This document shows positions 25,432 to 37,082 of a stretch of DNA of 64,000 bases, one piece after another. Location: assembly GCF_902713615.1 (NCBI RefSeq), contig NW_024055476.1:186001-250000 (forward strand), read 5' to 3'. Both the position numbers and the translations under genes were made by a program. The stretch comes from Scyliorhinus canicula. Taxonomy: Eukaryota. The notes beneath the pieces were generated by a model. The model saw only the letters and a program-made list of their open reading frames with translations. It did no database searches and was not told the origin of the DNA. The stretch's first letter is position 1, and each line of letters begins with the position of its first letter.

Positions 25432-25504
25432 GTTTCTGCAGTGTAGTAGTTATCACATTCGCCTAACACGCGAAGGGTCCCCTGTTCGAGACCGGGCAGA
25501 AACA
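25432..25504 (+). tRNA. tRNA-Val(AAC), several substitutions, probably impaired
   Basis: 73 nt, anticodon loop CT AAC AC. Confidence 0.65.
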
Positions 25505-27436
25505 TCGCGTGCTTCTCATTTTGTGTGACGAATGTTTGCACAAAATACCTTTCTTCCTCAATCTCGCACGTTCGAGGAACATGAGATTTGGTCTCTCATG
25601 AGATATTAAAATTCCTGCAACAATGTCAGAAATACGGAATTTTCAAGACGCCGGGGGAAGAAAAGCCTTCCCTATTTTGCCATGATTCGGATATTAGCAG
25701 TTTGTACATCCACCACAGAATCTATCGGGTTTACTGATGCAGATAAACATATTTAATCACCATTTCAAACATTTCTAAATGTACGATAAAAGCAACTTAC
25801 TGCGGTGGGTCAATGGGAAACAAAAACAGAAAACACAGGACTGTCTCATCAGGTCTGACAGCCTCTGTGGAGAGAGATGGCAAGTGTCGTTTCGAGTCTA
25901 GGTGACTCTTTGTCGAAGCTGGACAACTGGATCTTTGGTCAGGTGTAGACTGGCGGAGTGTGTGGAGGACGTGTTGGGGGGGGGGGGGGGGAGAGGACGT
26001 GTTGGGGGGGGGGAGGACGTGTTGGGGGGGGACGTGTTGGGGGGGGGGGGGGTGGGAGCGTGAAGCATTGGGCCTCGACAGACGGCCAGCGATGGATGGG
26101 GAATAACAAAAATGTGTTGTGTCGAAAGAAAAAGGGAATTTAAATGTTTCTAATTAGTGTTAAGAACTGTGCTGACAGAGGCGATTAGAAGATTAGAATG
26201 TGTTAATGGCAGATGACAATGAGGAACAAGGGGCGGATTTCCCAAGAGGGATGCGATTGGCTAGGGGAATGGGGAGGGGGAGACAATGGGAGAGGAAGAC
26301 ATATCAATGGAAGCAGTTTGTTCATCCACCACAGAATCTTTTGGGTTTACAGATGCAGATGAACATTTTAATCACCATTTCAAACATGTCTAAATGAACA
26401 ACTGCTCCCTATCCACCCTGCCATGCCCCTCATAATCTTGTACACCCAAAACTATGCAACGTCTCTTCATAACATAAATGGGCGAAGTATGTCCCTGATC
26501 TGCGTGGGAATCGAACAGAAGACATGTCGTGTCAACAGAAATTTCAGGTATTTTCGATCGAAAAATTGATTTCTATTAAAGTCTAAACCTGGCACGATGT
26601 GCTTCCCATGTCCCAACTGATAGTAATTCTCATGTTGCTCGGCGGTTATTATACATTAAGCGTACATTGTCGTAATAATAATCTTCACTAGTGTCATAAG
26701 TAGGCTTACATTAACACTGCAATGAAGTTACTGTGAAAATTCCCGAGTCACCACATTTCGACCCCTGTTCAGGTACACAGAGGGAGAATTCAGAATGTCC
26801 AATTCACCTAACAGCACGTCTTTTCGGGACTTGTGGGAGGAAACCGGAGGACCCGGACGAAACCCACGCAGACACGGGGAGGACGTGCAGACTCCGCACA
26901 GATAGAGAACCATGCCGGGAATCGAACGCGGGTCCTAGGAGCATGAGGCAGCAGTGCAACCCACTGAACCACAGTGCCGCCTATTAAGTACCTTGTACAT
27001 TTTGTACCGCAGCACGTATTGATGCATTCTGCATTTCGCTAAAAGAACAGGTAACGAGGAGTCTTTGTCCTTGGACTTTCTGCGAGAGCAGGCCATGATT
27101 TTCGTCCATCTCCTCAGTTGAGTGCTACCCTCTGCTGGTAGGTAGATATTCTGATTTTAAAGTTACAATAAAATTTGCGGTATGATAGACCATAATAAGA
27201 CCATAAGACCATTAGACATAGGAGCAGAATTAGGCCACTTGGCCCATCGAGTCCGCTCTGCCATTCAATCATGGCTGATATTTTCAACCATAGCTCTCAA
27301 GATTTCCCAAACTATTCCTCTCTTGATCTACACAAGGACAGAGACATGTCCGGTAAATAGACCTGATTGCTTGCCTGAGCCTGGGATCAATTCCTTCTCG
27401 GAAAGGAACCTCAGTGATGCTGTAAACACTCACTCA

Positions 27437-28155
27437 GGGTTGTGTACGGGGCTTTAGGTTTTCTCGAACGAGAATAGACCACCCCGTCATCCACATCGAA
27501 TGCGCTTATACTGAGGTAACCGATCTGTTTAGATTTGTCAGCAAACGCCAGATATCGTCCTGAACCCACATCTTTCTTCATTGCTGAGGTGTTGGTGATA
27601 ATCCATCTCGGTGGCTGTGTCGGTTTCTCCTAATATCATTGCATTTTGTACATGTTGGGGCCTTTATATTGGCAATTTAACTTCACCGAAGCCCCTTCTG
27701 AGACTGTTATTGTCACTGGTGACTGAGCTACTGGATTGCACATTGCCGGCCTGCGAAAGTGAAGGACTGAAATGAACAGATTGTTGTTCCTTTATAAAGT
27801 TAGAGTTTGCTCACCTAAGAGGTGCTTTTTAGCGTGTCCACTCCACTTAGCCTGTACATCTAGGTTGTGGGAGTGAGAATGTTCACGGACAGTGATCTGG
27901 GACCGGACCCGTGTCCTCAGTGCAATGAGGCAGCAGTGCCAACCATTGCGCCAACGTGCCGCCCTGAGTTTAAACAGAGTTGATATAAATCTACTTGTAT
28001 CTGCGGCATTTTCTGGGACCTCTGATGCAGGCACTTCATAGACATTCCCGATCGTTAATTATACTCTAGCCTATGTGTATTAATATGCTAATCTGGTTTA
28101 ATTAACACTATAACTACTTACTGTGCCAAAGCGCCGCCAGTATTATCACAACCAT
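27437..28155 (-). pseudogene. TCR alpha/delta-type V pseudogene 1 (leader 28122-28155; V exon ~27462-27750)
   Basis: Leader MVVIILAALWH, donor A|GTAAGT; acceptor CTTTCGCAG; VAQSPVTITVSEGASVKLNCQY...MQ*Y*EKP...SGRYLA...GYLSISAFDVDDGVVYSR; frameshift, conserved Trp is TGA, second Cys lost, heptamer deleted. Confidence 0.85.
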
Positions 28156-28251
28156 GTCTGACTGAATCTCTCCCAGTGAACTGAACTGGACTGAGTTAGG
28201 GATTGTGTAGGAGAGAGGGAACTTCGTGCAGTGCAGGGAGTGGGTCTATTG

Positions 28252-28261
28252 TGACATCACT
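28252..28261 (-). promoter_or_regulatory. TCR V-promoter CRE-like decamer AGTGATGTCA
   Basis: Exact match ~100 nt upstream of the leader; flanks (GAGTGATGTCACAATAG) shared with 36387-36403. Confidence 0.7.
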
Positions 28262-28808
28262 CGCCTCCCATCCTATCGGCTTGGCCGGCACCATCAGGTG
28301 AGTTTGTGACGCCCGTGCTTGAATTTGGCGCCCTCTGCTGCCGGATTCGGTTTACTCCGTGTTAGAATTCGGCTGTTGAGTGGATTCAGTGTTGACTGCA
28401 ATGCATATCAGGACGGGAAACCTAGACAGAAATCTAAATTTCAGCTGTTTATACACTATCTTTGTCACTATAGGTGTTTCTAATCAAAAAATGATGCTTA
28501 ATCTGTGCAAATCATCCCTGGAGTTCTCGGTTCACATCATGGATGCGACGAAATCGAAAGAATGCCAAGACTTTGGAGGACATGCGGACGTTTGAACTCA
28601 GAATGATAGCAGGGCTCAACAGACTAGTTTTCTTTATTTTGGTTCTGAACATCGCTTTTTTCAGAGGCCAGATTGTCTGGAATAATTTTCATTAGGTTAA
28701 AATTCATGAAGTTTAAATGTCCTCTGAAGAAGATAGGTGGATGATATTTCATGCAATAAGTGTTTGTGAGATAATGAAACGTTACAGAGGACTTTAAATG
28801 GACCACCG

Positions 28809-28880
28809 AGGCACGGGCGGGATCTGAACACGCGATTTTTGGTTTACGAGACCAACGCCTTTTCTCTTGGCCACCTCACC
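28809..28880 (-). pseudogene. tRNA-Thr(CGT) pseudogene
   Basis: GGTGAGGTGGCCAAG...GTCTCGTAAACC...CCGTGCCT; many stem and box substitutions. Confidence 0.75.
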
Positions 28881-29103
28881 TTATGCAAGCAAATCATGTT
28901 GATTGCACTGTGAGTTGTTATCATTTGGAGTCTGGCGCAACAATTGGCGAGAGAAGAAGAATCAATAGAACATTTCAAAAGGTATTGTCAGAACTTGAGA
29001 ACGGAAAACCCCGCGGGATTTAAATGCAGGGTGAAAAGGCAGCGATTTAGCCCTGTCCTAAACAGCCCCAAAAAACATATCATCCAGGAGTGGAACATCA
29101 ATT

Positions 29104-29120
29104 CGTCTCTGGGTGGGATC

Positions 29121-29177
<57 letters not shown>
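29104..29177 (-). tRNA. tRNA-Asn(GTT)
   Basis: GTCTCCGTGGCGCAATCGGTTAGCGCGTTCGGCTGTTAACCGAAAGGTTGGTGGTTCGATCCCACCCAGAGACG; one acceptor-stem mismatch (C6:A67). Confidence 0.9.
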
Positions 29178-29480
29178 GACAACAGGATCACAACTCTGTG
29201 CATTTCAACAGTGACGGCCAATCCTCTGATTGCCAGGGACCGAATGAGAATGCTGGTAATATTGGTCCCCTGAGGCAGTGCGGAAAATACCTGGAAGGAG
29301 AGTACACATGGTCCCGCGGGCATAAAAAACGGTTTTTAATGAAAGGTGATGGTGAAAGACGAATTTTGTTGTCCTGTCGACAAATGCCGCCTGACTCCCT
29401 GAGATGTTGCAGTACTTTTGGCGTTCTCCGCAGATGTTAGATTGATTTTCGATGGCAATGACATTAGCTTTTTTCGCGGG

Positions 29481-29570
29481 GGCTCGTTGGTCTAGGGATA
29501 TGATTCTCGCTTTGGGTGTCTCGCTGTCGGAATTTGTGAGAGTTCCCGGGTTCAAATCCCGGACGAGCCC
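29481..29570 (+). tRNA. tRNA-Pro(TGG) with 18-nt intron-like insert (29517-29534)
   Basis: Removing TGTCTCGCTGTCGGAATT after G37 leaves a 72-nt Pro cloverleaf; 3 substitutions versus the copy consensus; TTTT follows. Confidence 0.8.
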
Positions 29571-30590
29571 TTCGATGAGGTTTTCCTTTGGTTAAGTAAC
29601 ATGTTTTCTTCATTTCTTTGCGGCGTAGACGGCGGGATTCATTCACATTGGGTTTGCTTTGAGAAGCTGAGCTCAAACTGCATGGATCCAACACGTTCCC
29701 GAGAAGCTTGTCTATGTGTGGGCGTTCACATTTCTATTGACTAATTCTGGTGGACTCAGACAGCTTTTTGTCCCTTTCATTTTATCAGTTCAACAACTTC
29801 AGACTGTGAACTCTCACTTCCCCCTCCACTACATGTTTTTTCCATCAACTTTTCATTCCTTCCATTGATATGTTTTACCCTCAACAATGCCCCCCTCCAC
29901 CCAGCCCATACCATCCTACTTGATCAATCAGATCCCTGTTTGTAATTGTTCTCTGACGCACTGCTTACCTTTGTTCTGCCATTAACACATTCTGACCGCT
30001 TGATGCGCCACCAGCACATTTCATAGCCTTGATTAGCCTCATTTACATTCCCCTTTTCTTTCTGCCCGAGACATTTTCTATCGAGGCCCAATACAGCACG
30101 CCGCCACCCCCACCCCCCACCCACAATCGTCTGAATCTCCAGTTCCAGTTCTCCAGCTTTGACAAAGAGTCCACTTGACTGGAAACGACAGCTGCCATTT
30201 CGCTCCCCAGAGGCTGTCAGACCTGCTGAGATTATCCAGTATTTTTTGTTTTTGTTTCCGTTTTTAGCATCCACAGTAAGTTGCATTTGTCATACATTTA
30301 GACATGTTTGAGATGGTGATTAAATATGTTCATTTGTAAATCGCTGAAACTCTGTTGTGGATGAACTAGCTGCTAATATCCGAGCTGTGCCAAGATATGA
30401 AAATTCTTCACCTCTCATTGCCTGCCGAATTCAGTGCTTGGGCCTTAATGTTCAATTCAGTGTAGTGGCTCATGGGAGGCGAAATCTCATAGTCCTGGAA
30501 CACACGAGATTCCGGCAACATTCAGGAACAGAATTATTTTGTGACAAATAATTGTTCAAACTTTTCTCACACAAAATGCTAAATTTTCGA

Positions 30591-30663
30591 TGTTCCTGCC
30601 CGGTTTCGATCCGGGGACCTTCCGCGTGTGAGACGAATGTGATAACCACTACACTACAGAAAC
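30591..30663 (-). pseudogene. tRNA-Val(CAC), degenerate
   Basis: Anticodon loop CT CAC AC; stem mismatches; T loop altered. Confidence 0.75.
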
Positions 30664-30881
30664 CGCTGCGAATATCTGAGCTGTGCCAAGATACGAAAAT
30701 TCTTCACCTCTCATTGCCTGCCGAAAATCCAGTGCTTGGACCTTAATGTTCAATTCAGTTTAGTGGCTCATGTGAAACGAAATCTCATAGTCCTGGGACA
30801 CACGAGATTCCGGCAAAATTCAGGAACAGAATTATTTTGTGCCCAATAATTGTGCAAATATTTCTCACACGAAATGCTCGA

Positions 30882-30954
30882 TGTTTCTGCCCGGTTTCGG
30901 ACCGGGGAACTTTCGCGTGTGAGGCGAATGTGATAACCACTACACTACAGAAAC
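30882..30954 (-). pseudogene. tRNA-Val(CAC), B-box mutated
   Basis: TTCGCCTCACACGCGAA; GGTCCGAAA replaces GGTTCGAAA. Confidence 0.75.
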
Positions 30955-32186
30955 CGCTGGCAACCAATGGACGTACGGAATGTACAACCTCACTGTGTTG
31001 CTGCAGATGCTGATGGTCTGTTTGAGAAGCCAGGTCCCTTGTCACAGACGACAGCTGTTTCTTAAATTAACAGATGTCTCAACATATAAAGCCATGAGAT
31101 GTAGAAATTATATCGAAATTAACATAAGTTATATTTTGCTGAATGTCGGTCTCAAATTTGTGCTCTTTGGTCTCGAGGTCTGGTTCTCGTTTAAGGATTT
31201 TCAATCAATGCCTATGGGAGTGGTCGTGGGTTTAAACCCAGGACAGGCTCTTTACTCCAGGTCAGGAATTACGAATTGTTTGCGATGCTGACGGCGGGGT
31301 TGATTTACATTGGCCCACTCTGAAAAAGATTTCTCAGGACTCGGAATGTTTACGTCGTTTCTCTCCCCACAGATGATGCTCGAGAGAGAGAGACAGAGTC
31401 TGAGCTGGAGTGCGTTTGGATAAAATTGATGCTCCAGATCTGTGTTAACCACAGGGACGTGACCCATTTAATCCACAGAGCCAAAGTGGAGAATTGAACT
31501 GACTGGGGAGCTGGATCTTAACGCTGACCTCCCGGACCTCGGCGTCGTGAAATGTTCCAAAGAAGCTCAACAGCCACTCGAGGAACAGCAGCGCATCTTT
31601 CCACTGTGCTCAATACAGCTTTCACACTCAGTGTGTGTTCAGTAGTTTCACACTGTAAATGCTGCACCCATTTTGTGTGTCCTTCCATCGCAGATTTGGG
31701 ATTCAATCTTGTTTCCACTTGTTCTTTGTGTCCGGGCGGTAGTTGTTGATCAACATGCCATCGATAGCTCCTCCAGACATATCTTTTGTTTCTTTGTTTC
31801 TTCCATTGCGCTAACAGAGAGCTGGCACAGACACGGCGGCCGGAATGGCCTCATACTGTGGTGTCTTTATTCTCTGATTCGATGCTAACCTAACTCTGTG
31901 GACAGGGTCCCAAGGCCTCTTCTTATTTAATCTCTCCTGACTTGCCCCCCATTAGAACCCTTTCCTGTCGTCCTGTTTCCTCCCTCCGGTAATTCACTTG
32001 GTTAAGACGTACCACATTTCTAACCTGTCCCGGTTTTAATTAAAGGTGATGGTGAAAGACGAACTTTGTTGTCCTGTCGACAAATACCGCCTGACTCCCT
32101 GAGATGTTGCAGTACTTTTGGCGTTCTCCTCAGATGTTAGATTGATTTTCGATGGCAATAACAGTATGCTTTGACTCTTTTTGCGG

Positions 32187-32276
32187 GGGTCGTTGGTCTA
32201 GGGGTATGATTCTCGCTTTGTGTGTGTCGCTGTCGGAATTTGCGAGAGGTCCCGGGTTCAAATCCCGGACGAGCCC
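32187..32276 (+). tRNA. tRNA-Pro body with TGT anticodon and the same 18-nt insert (32223-32240)
   Basis: Otherwise consensus Pro; G3:G70 acceptor mismatch. Confidence 0.7.
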
Positions 32277-33571
32277 TTCGATGAGGCTTTCCCGTTGGTC
32301 AAACCACATGTTTTCTTCATTTCTTTGCAGCGTCGACGGCGGTATTCATTCACATTGGGTTTGGTTTGAGAAGCTGAGCTCAAACTGCATGGAACCAATA
32401 CGTTCCCGAGAAGTTTGTCTATGTGTGGGCATTCACATTTCTATTGACTAATTCTGGTGGACTCAGACAGCTCTTTGTCCCTTTCATTTTAGTCCCTTAT
32501 CAGTTCAACAACTTCAGACTGTGAACTCTCACTTCCCCCTTCACCACATGTTTTTTCCATCAACTTATCATTCCTTCCATTGATATGTTTTACCCTAAGC
32601 ATTGCCCCCCTCCCCCCAGCCCATACCATCCTACTTCAGCAATCTGATCCCTGTTTGTAATTGTTCTCTGACACACTGCTTACCTTTGTTCTGCCACTAA
32701 CACATTCTGACCGCTTGATGCGCCATCAGCACCTTTCATAGCCTTGATTAGCCTCATTTACATTCCCTTTTTCTTTCTGCCCGAGACATTTTCGTCATTT
32801 CCCACCTATTGCTAGCCCTCTATCGAGGCCCAATACAGCACTCCACCACCCCCACCCCCACCCACAATCGTCTGAATCTCCAATTCCAGTTCTCCAGCTT
32901 TGACAAAGAGTCCACTTGACTGGAAACGACAGCTGCCATTTCGCTCCCCAGAGGCTATCAGACCTGCTGAGATTATCCAGTATTTTCTGTTTTTGTTTCC
33001 GCTTGAAGCATCCGCAGTAAGTTGCATTTGTCATACATTTAGACATGTTTCAGATGGTGATTAAATATGTTGATTTGTAAATCGGTGAAACTCTGTTGTG
33101 GATGAACTAGCTGCTAATATCCGAGGTGTGCCAAGATCTGAAAATTCTTCACCTCTCATTGCCTACCCGGAATTCAGTGCTTGGTCCTTCATGTTCAATT
33201 CAGAGAGCTGGCACAGACACGGCGGCCGGAATGGCCTCATACTGTGGTGTCATTATTCTCTGACTTGATGCTAACCTAACTCTGTGGCCAGGGTCCCAAG
33301 GCCTCTTCTCATTTCATCTCTCCAGACTTCCCCCCTATTAGAGCCCTTTCCTGTTGTTCTGTTTCCTCCCTGCGGGAGTTCACTTGGTTAAGACGTACCA
33401 CATTTCTAACCTGTCCCGGTTTTAATGAAAGGTGACGGTGAAAGACGAACTTGTTGTCCTGTCGACAAATGCCGCCTGACTCCCTGAGATGTTGCAGTAC
33501 TTTTACCGTTCTCCGCAGATGTTTGATCGATTTTCGATGGCAATGACAGTATGCTTTGGCTCCTTTTGCGG

Positions 33572-33662
33572 GGCTCGTTGGTCTAGGGGGTATGATTCTC
33601 GGTTTGGGTGTCTCGCTGTCGGAATTTGCGAGAGGTCCCGGGTTCAAATGCCGGATGAGCCC
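33572..33662 (+). pseudogene. tRNA-Pro(TGG) with 18-nt insert (33609-33626), stem mutations
   Basis: Extra G in D loop, C31G, T-stem C>G. Confidence 0.75.
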
Positions 33663-33719
33663 TTTGATGAGGTTTTCCGTTGGTCAAGCAACATGTTTTC
33701 TTCATTTCTTTGCGGCGAA

Positions 33720-35180
33720 GACGGCGGGATTCATTGCTGTCCAACCCATCGAACTAAAGGGGACGCCAAAACTCGGAACTGCGAGCCAGCCGACGAACTT
33801 TGAATCTTCTGATTCATCCTCAGACGCTTTATCCATTGCGCCACTGCAGTCCAAGCATTTGCTATTCCTCGATGATGCAGACCAGTTACGAGGTTGAGGT
33901 AATATTTAGCAACAGACTAAACTGGAAGCACCAGATGTTTCTGCCCGGTTTCGAACCTGGGACCATGCGCGTGCAAAGCGAATGAATTAACCACTACACT
34001 ACAGAAACAGCTGGCAACGCAGACTCCAACGGACCTGTGTCACCTTCACTCAGCAACCTTGTTGCAGCTTCGCATGGTTCGGCTGAGAGGCCATATCGCT
34101 TCTTATAAGAATATGTCTGTTTCTTCAAACCAGATGTCTAAACTTACAAGCCAGAAGAAGGACCTATATTGAACTGAAGCATTTGTTCAGCAAATCTCTA
34201 ACGGCGAAATGCTCTCTTCTATTATTAATGCAGCATTCTTAAATCCTACAGAAAAAAGCAACCGACTTTAAACAATATTCGTGTCCTTATTCAATGCGTG
34301 AGTTGAGTTTAAGAATTGATAATTATGTGTTTTGAGTACACATTACTATAAGACATCCTTCAATCTGGCCTGTTGTATTTGTTGATCCCAACGGCATCTG
34401 CTCTGCATTGCAGAGACTAAATACCGACTCGGTGACCGCTTTGGAAAACACCTAAGCTCCATCGACAAGCTGGTGGCAGACTCTCCTGTCGCTTGCCATT
34501 TCAACTCACTGTCCTGCTCTCATGTCCACATGTCCGATCTTGGCCTGCTGCAATGTTTCCATGTAGCTCAGCACAAAGCCGAGGAACAGCACCCCAACCT
34601 CCGAATAGGCACGGTACAGCCTTGCGGATTTTACAGTAGGCTCAACAACTTCGTACCGTGAAATCACTCTTCCCACTTCACCACATGTTTATTTCCATCA
34701 ACGTATTTTCATTGCTTCCATTAATATGTCTTCCTCTCCCATTGTCTCCCCCTCCCCATTCCCCAAGCCAATCCCATCCCTCTTGGGAAATCCGCCCCTT
34801 GTTCCTCACTGTCCTCTGCCATTAACACATTCTAATCTTCTAATCGCCTCTGTCAGCACAGTTCTTAACTTTGATTAGAAGCATTTACATTCCCTTTTTC
34901 TTTCGACCCAACACATTTTTGTTATTCTCCACCCATCGCTGGCCGTCTGTCGAGGCCCAATGCTTCACGCTCCCCTCCACCCCCACCGCCAATCTAAACC
35001 TAACCAAAGATCCAGTTGTCCAGCTTCGACAAAGAGTTACCCAGACTCGAAACGACACTTGCCATCTCTCTCCACGGAGCCTGTCAGATCTGCTGAGACT
35101 GTCCTGTGTTTTCTGTTTTTCTATCCCATTGACGCATCCGCAGTAAGTTGCTTTTATCGTACATTTAGACATGTTTGAAA
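33720..35180 (+). repeat. Older diverged copy of the array unit (Arg and Val pseudogenes on -, Penelope fragment on +)
   Basis: Arg remnant ~33782-33851, Val remnant 33936-34008, SPVACHFNSL ORF at 34473. Confidence 0.85.
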
Positions 35181-35818
35181 GATGCGCTGCTGTTCCTCGA
35201 GTATCTGTTGAGCTTCTTTGGAACATTTCACGACACCGAGGTCCGGGAGGTCAGCGTTAAGATCCAGCTCTCCAGTCAGTTCAATTCTCCACTTTGGCTC
35301 TGTGGATTAGATGGGTCACGTCCCTGCCGTCACAGATCTGAAGCATCAATTTTATCCAAGCGCATTCCAGCTCAGACACTGTCTCTCTCTCTCGAGCATC
35401 ATCTGTGGGGAGAGAAACGACGTAAACATCGCGAGTGCTGAGAAATCTTTTTCAGAGTGGGCCAATGTAAATCAACCCCGTCGTCAGCATCGCAAACAAT
35501 TCATAATGTCTGACCTGGAGTAAAGGGCTTGCCCCGGATTTAACCCAAGACCGCTCCCTTGGGCATTGATTGAAAATCCCTAAACGAGAACCACACCTCG
35601 GGACCAAAGAGCACAAGTTTCCGACGGAGGTTCAGTAAAATATAACTCATGTTAAATTCGATATAATTTCTGCAACTCATGGTATTATGTTGAAACATCT
35701 GTTTTTTAAAGAAACAGCTGTCGTCTTGGAATAAGTGACGTGGCCTCTCAGCCTCACTATTACAATATGCAGCAACACAGTGACGTTGTACATTGTTCAC
35801 GTCCATTGATTGCCAGCG

Positions 35819-35891
35819 GTTTCTGTAGTGTAGTGGTTATCACATTCGCCTCACACGCGAAATGTCCCCTTTTCAAAACCAGGCAGAAACA
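35819..35891 (+). pseudogene. tRNA-Val(CAC), T-arm degenerate
   Basis: GTTTCTGTAGTGTAGTGGTTATCACATTCGCCTCACACGCGAAATGTCCCCTTTTCAAAACC. Confidence 0.8.
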
Positions 35892-36387
35892 TCTCGTGCT
35901 TCCAATTTTGTATTTTTCTGAATATTACCTCAATCTCATAACTGGTCTCCATCAACGAGGAATAGCCAATGACGTGCACCGCTGTGGCCCAGTGTCGCAA
36001 AGGATAACGCGTCTGACTACGAATTCCAGGTTCCACTTCTGCCTGGCTCGGAATTCAGAGTTTTGGTGTGCGCTTTAATCAGTGGGTGGGACAGCTGATT
36101 CTTTGTGCAGAAAAATGAAGATTGCGTTTAGTTACCTTCTATTTAGGTTTCTCGACAATATTTGACATTTGTGTTTTGATGTGTATTTCAATAAACCCAC
36201 TCAGTAGTTATACATTGGATTGAAGAGAATCCGTCAGCAGAGGGAGGCAGGCAGCAGTATGCTAATTAGAAAGTCACGTGAGATCAATGCCAAAGCCAAT
36301 AGTGACGTGAGATGCTGGCGTCGGACTGGGCGAGCAGTAAGAAGTCTGACAACAACCTGGTTAAAGTCGAATCATGATGGTATCCTG

Positions 36388-36397
36388 AGTGATGTCA
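36388..36397 (+). promoter_or_regulatory. TCR V-promoter decamer AGTGATGTCA, with E-box GTCACGTGA (36273-36281) and AGTGACGTGA (36301-36310)
   Basis: Exact motifs upstream of the leader at 36520. Confidence 0.7.
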
Positions 36398-36519
36398 CAA
36401 TAGGCCTGGCCCCCTGCGGTGTGTGGCTGGAACAATGAGTTGAACAGAGCCCGGGATCCCTCGCTCTTTCTCATTCTCTGACTCATTTCATTCCCATTCA
36501 CTGAGAAATTTAATGAGAC

Positions 36520-37043
36520 ATGTTTCTAATAATACTGGCGACGCTCTGGGACGGTCAGTATACGATTAGGTTCATCGTGACAGTTTAGCATATTGATCGC
36601 AAATAGTTTGCACTCAACATTAATATCGTTAACGATAAGATATATACATGTTATGTGTAGCTTGGCAAATGAGAGTTTACACACTTACGTCTCGATAGAC
36701 ACACGTTTCGCTTGACTCTATTTAATCTCGGGCTCTTTTGTTCATCGACTTTCACAGGGGGATTATGTGCATTGACTCAGTCTCCAGTGACATTAACTGT
36801 GTTAGAAGAGCGTTCGGCGCAGTTAATTTGCGAGTATACAGATCAGGGTATAAACACCATGCAGTGGTATCGGCAGAAACAGGCACATCCTCCAATTTGC
36901 ATAATTTACAAAGTAGCAGTACTGAAGAAAGATAAAATCTCAGGACGATATCTGGCGACTGATGATTAGTCTACAAAGTCTGGTTACCTGAACATAGGCG
37001 CCCTGAATGTGGAGACGGAGCGGTTTATTACTGTTCAGAGAGG
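36520..37043 (+). pseudogene. TCR alpha/delta-type V pseudogene 2 (leader 36520-36553; V exon 36758-37043)
   Basis: Leader MFLIILATLWD G|GTCAGT; LTQSPVTLTVLEERSAQLICEY...MQWYRQ...SGRYLATDD*STKSGYLNIGALNV, then a 1-nt deletion before DGAVYYCSER. Confidence 0.9.
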
Positions 37044-37082
37044 CACAGTGTCTGATACAAGACAAGAAGTCGTACAAAGACC
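37044..37082 (+). other. 23-RSS of V pseudogene 2
   Basis: CACAGTG + 23 nt + ACAAAGACC. Confidence 0.92.

Larger units (their letters stand above)
23341..26400 (-). repeat. Diverged inverted copy (~1.3 units) of the 2.27-kb tRNA/Penelope array unit
   Basis: Reverse complement of unit landmarks, e.g. CAACTTACTGCGTATGCGTCAATGGG at 23341; its tRNAs lie on +. Confidence 0.9.
29330..33700 (+). repeat. Second, older repeat family (Pro-tRNA, Penelope-like 3' piece, Val(CAC), unique spacer); partial inverted copies at ~35180-35900 and ~39900-40620
   Basis: Pro 5' flank recurs at ~29335, ~32035, ~33420; the AAATTGATGCTCCAGATCTG block recurs inverted. Confidence 0.85.

Noticed and set aside
31360-31420. 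ATGATG...CTGA as a C/D-box snoRNA
   Set aside because: Box C imperfect, spacing too short, no terminal stem
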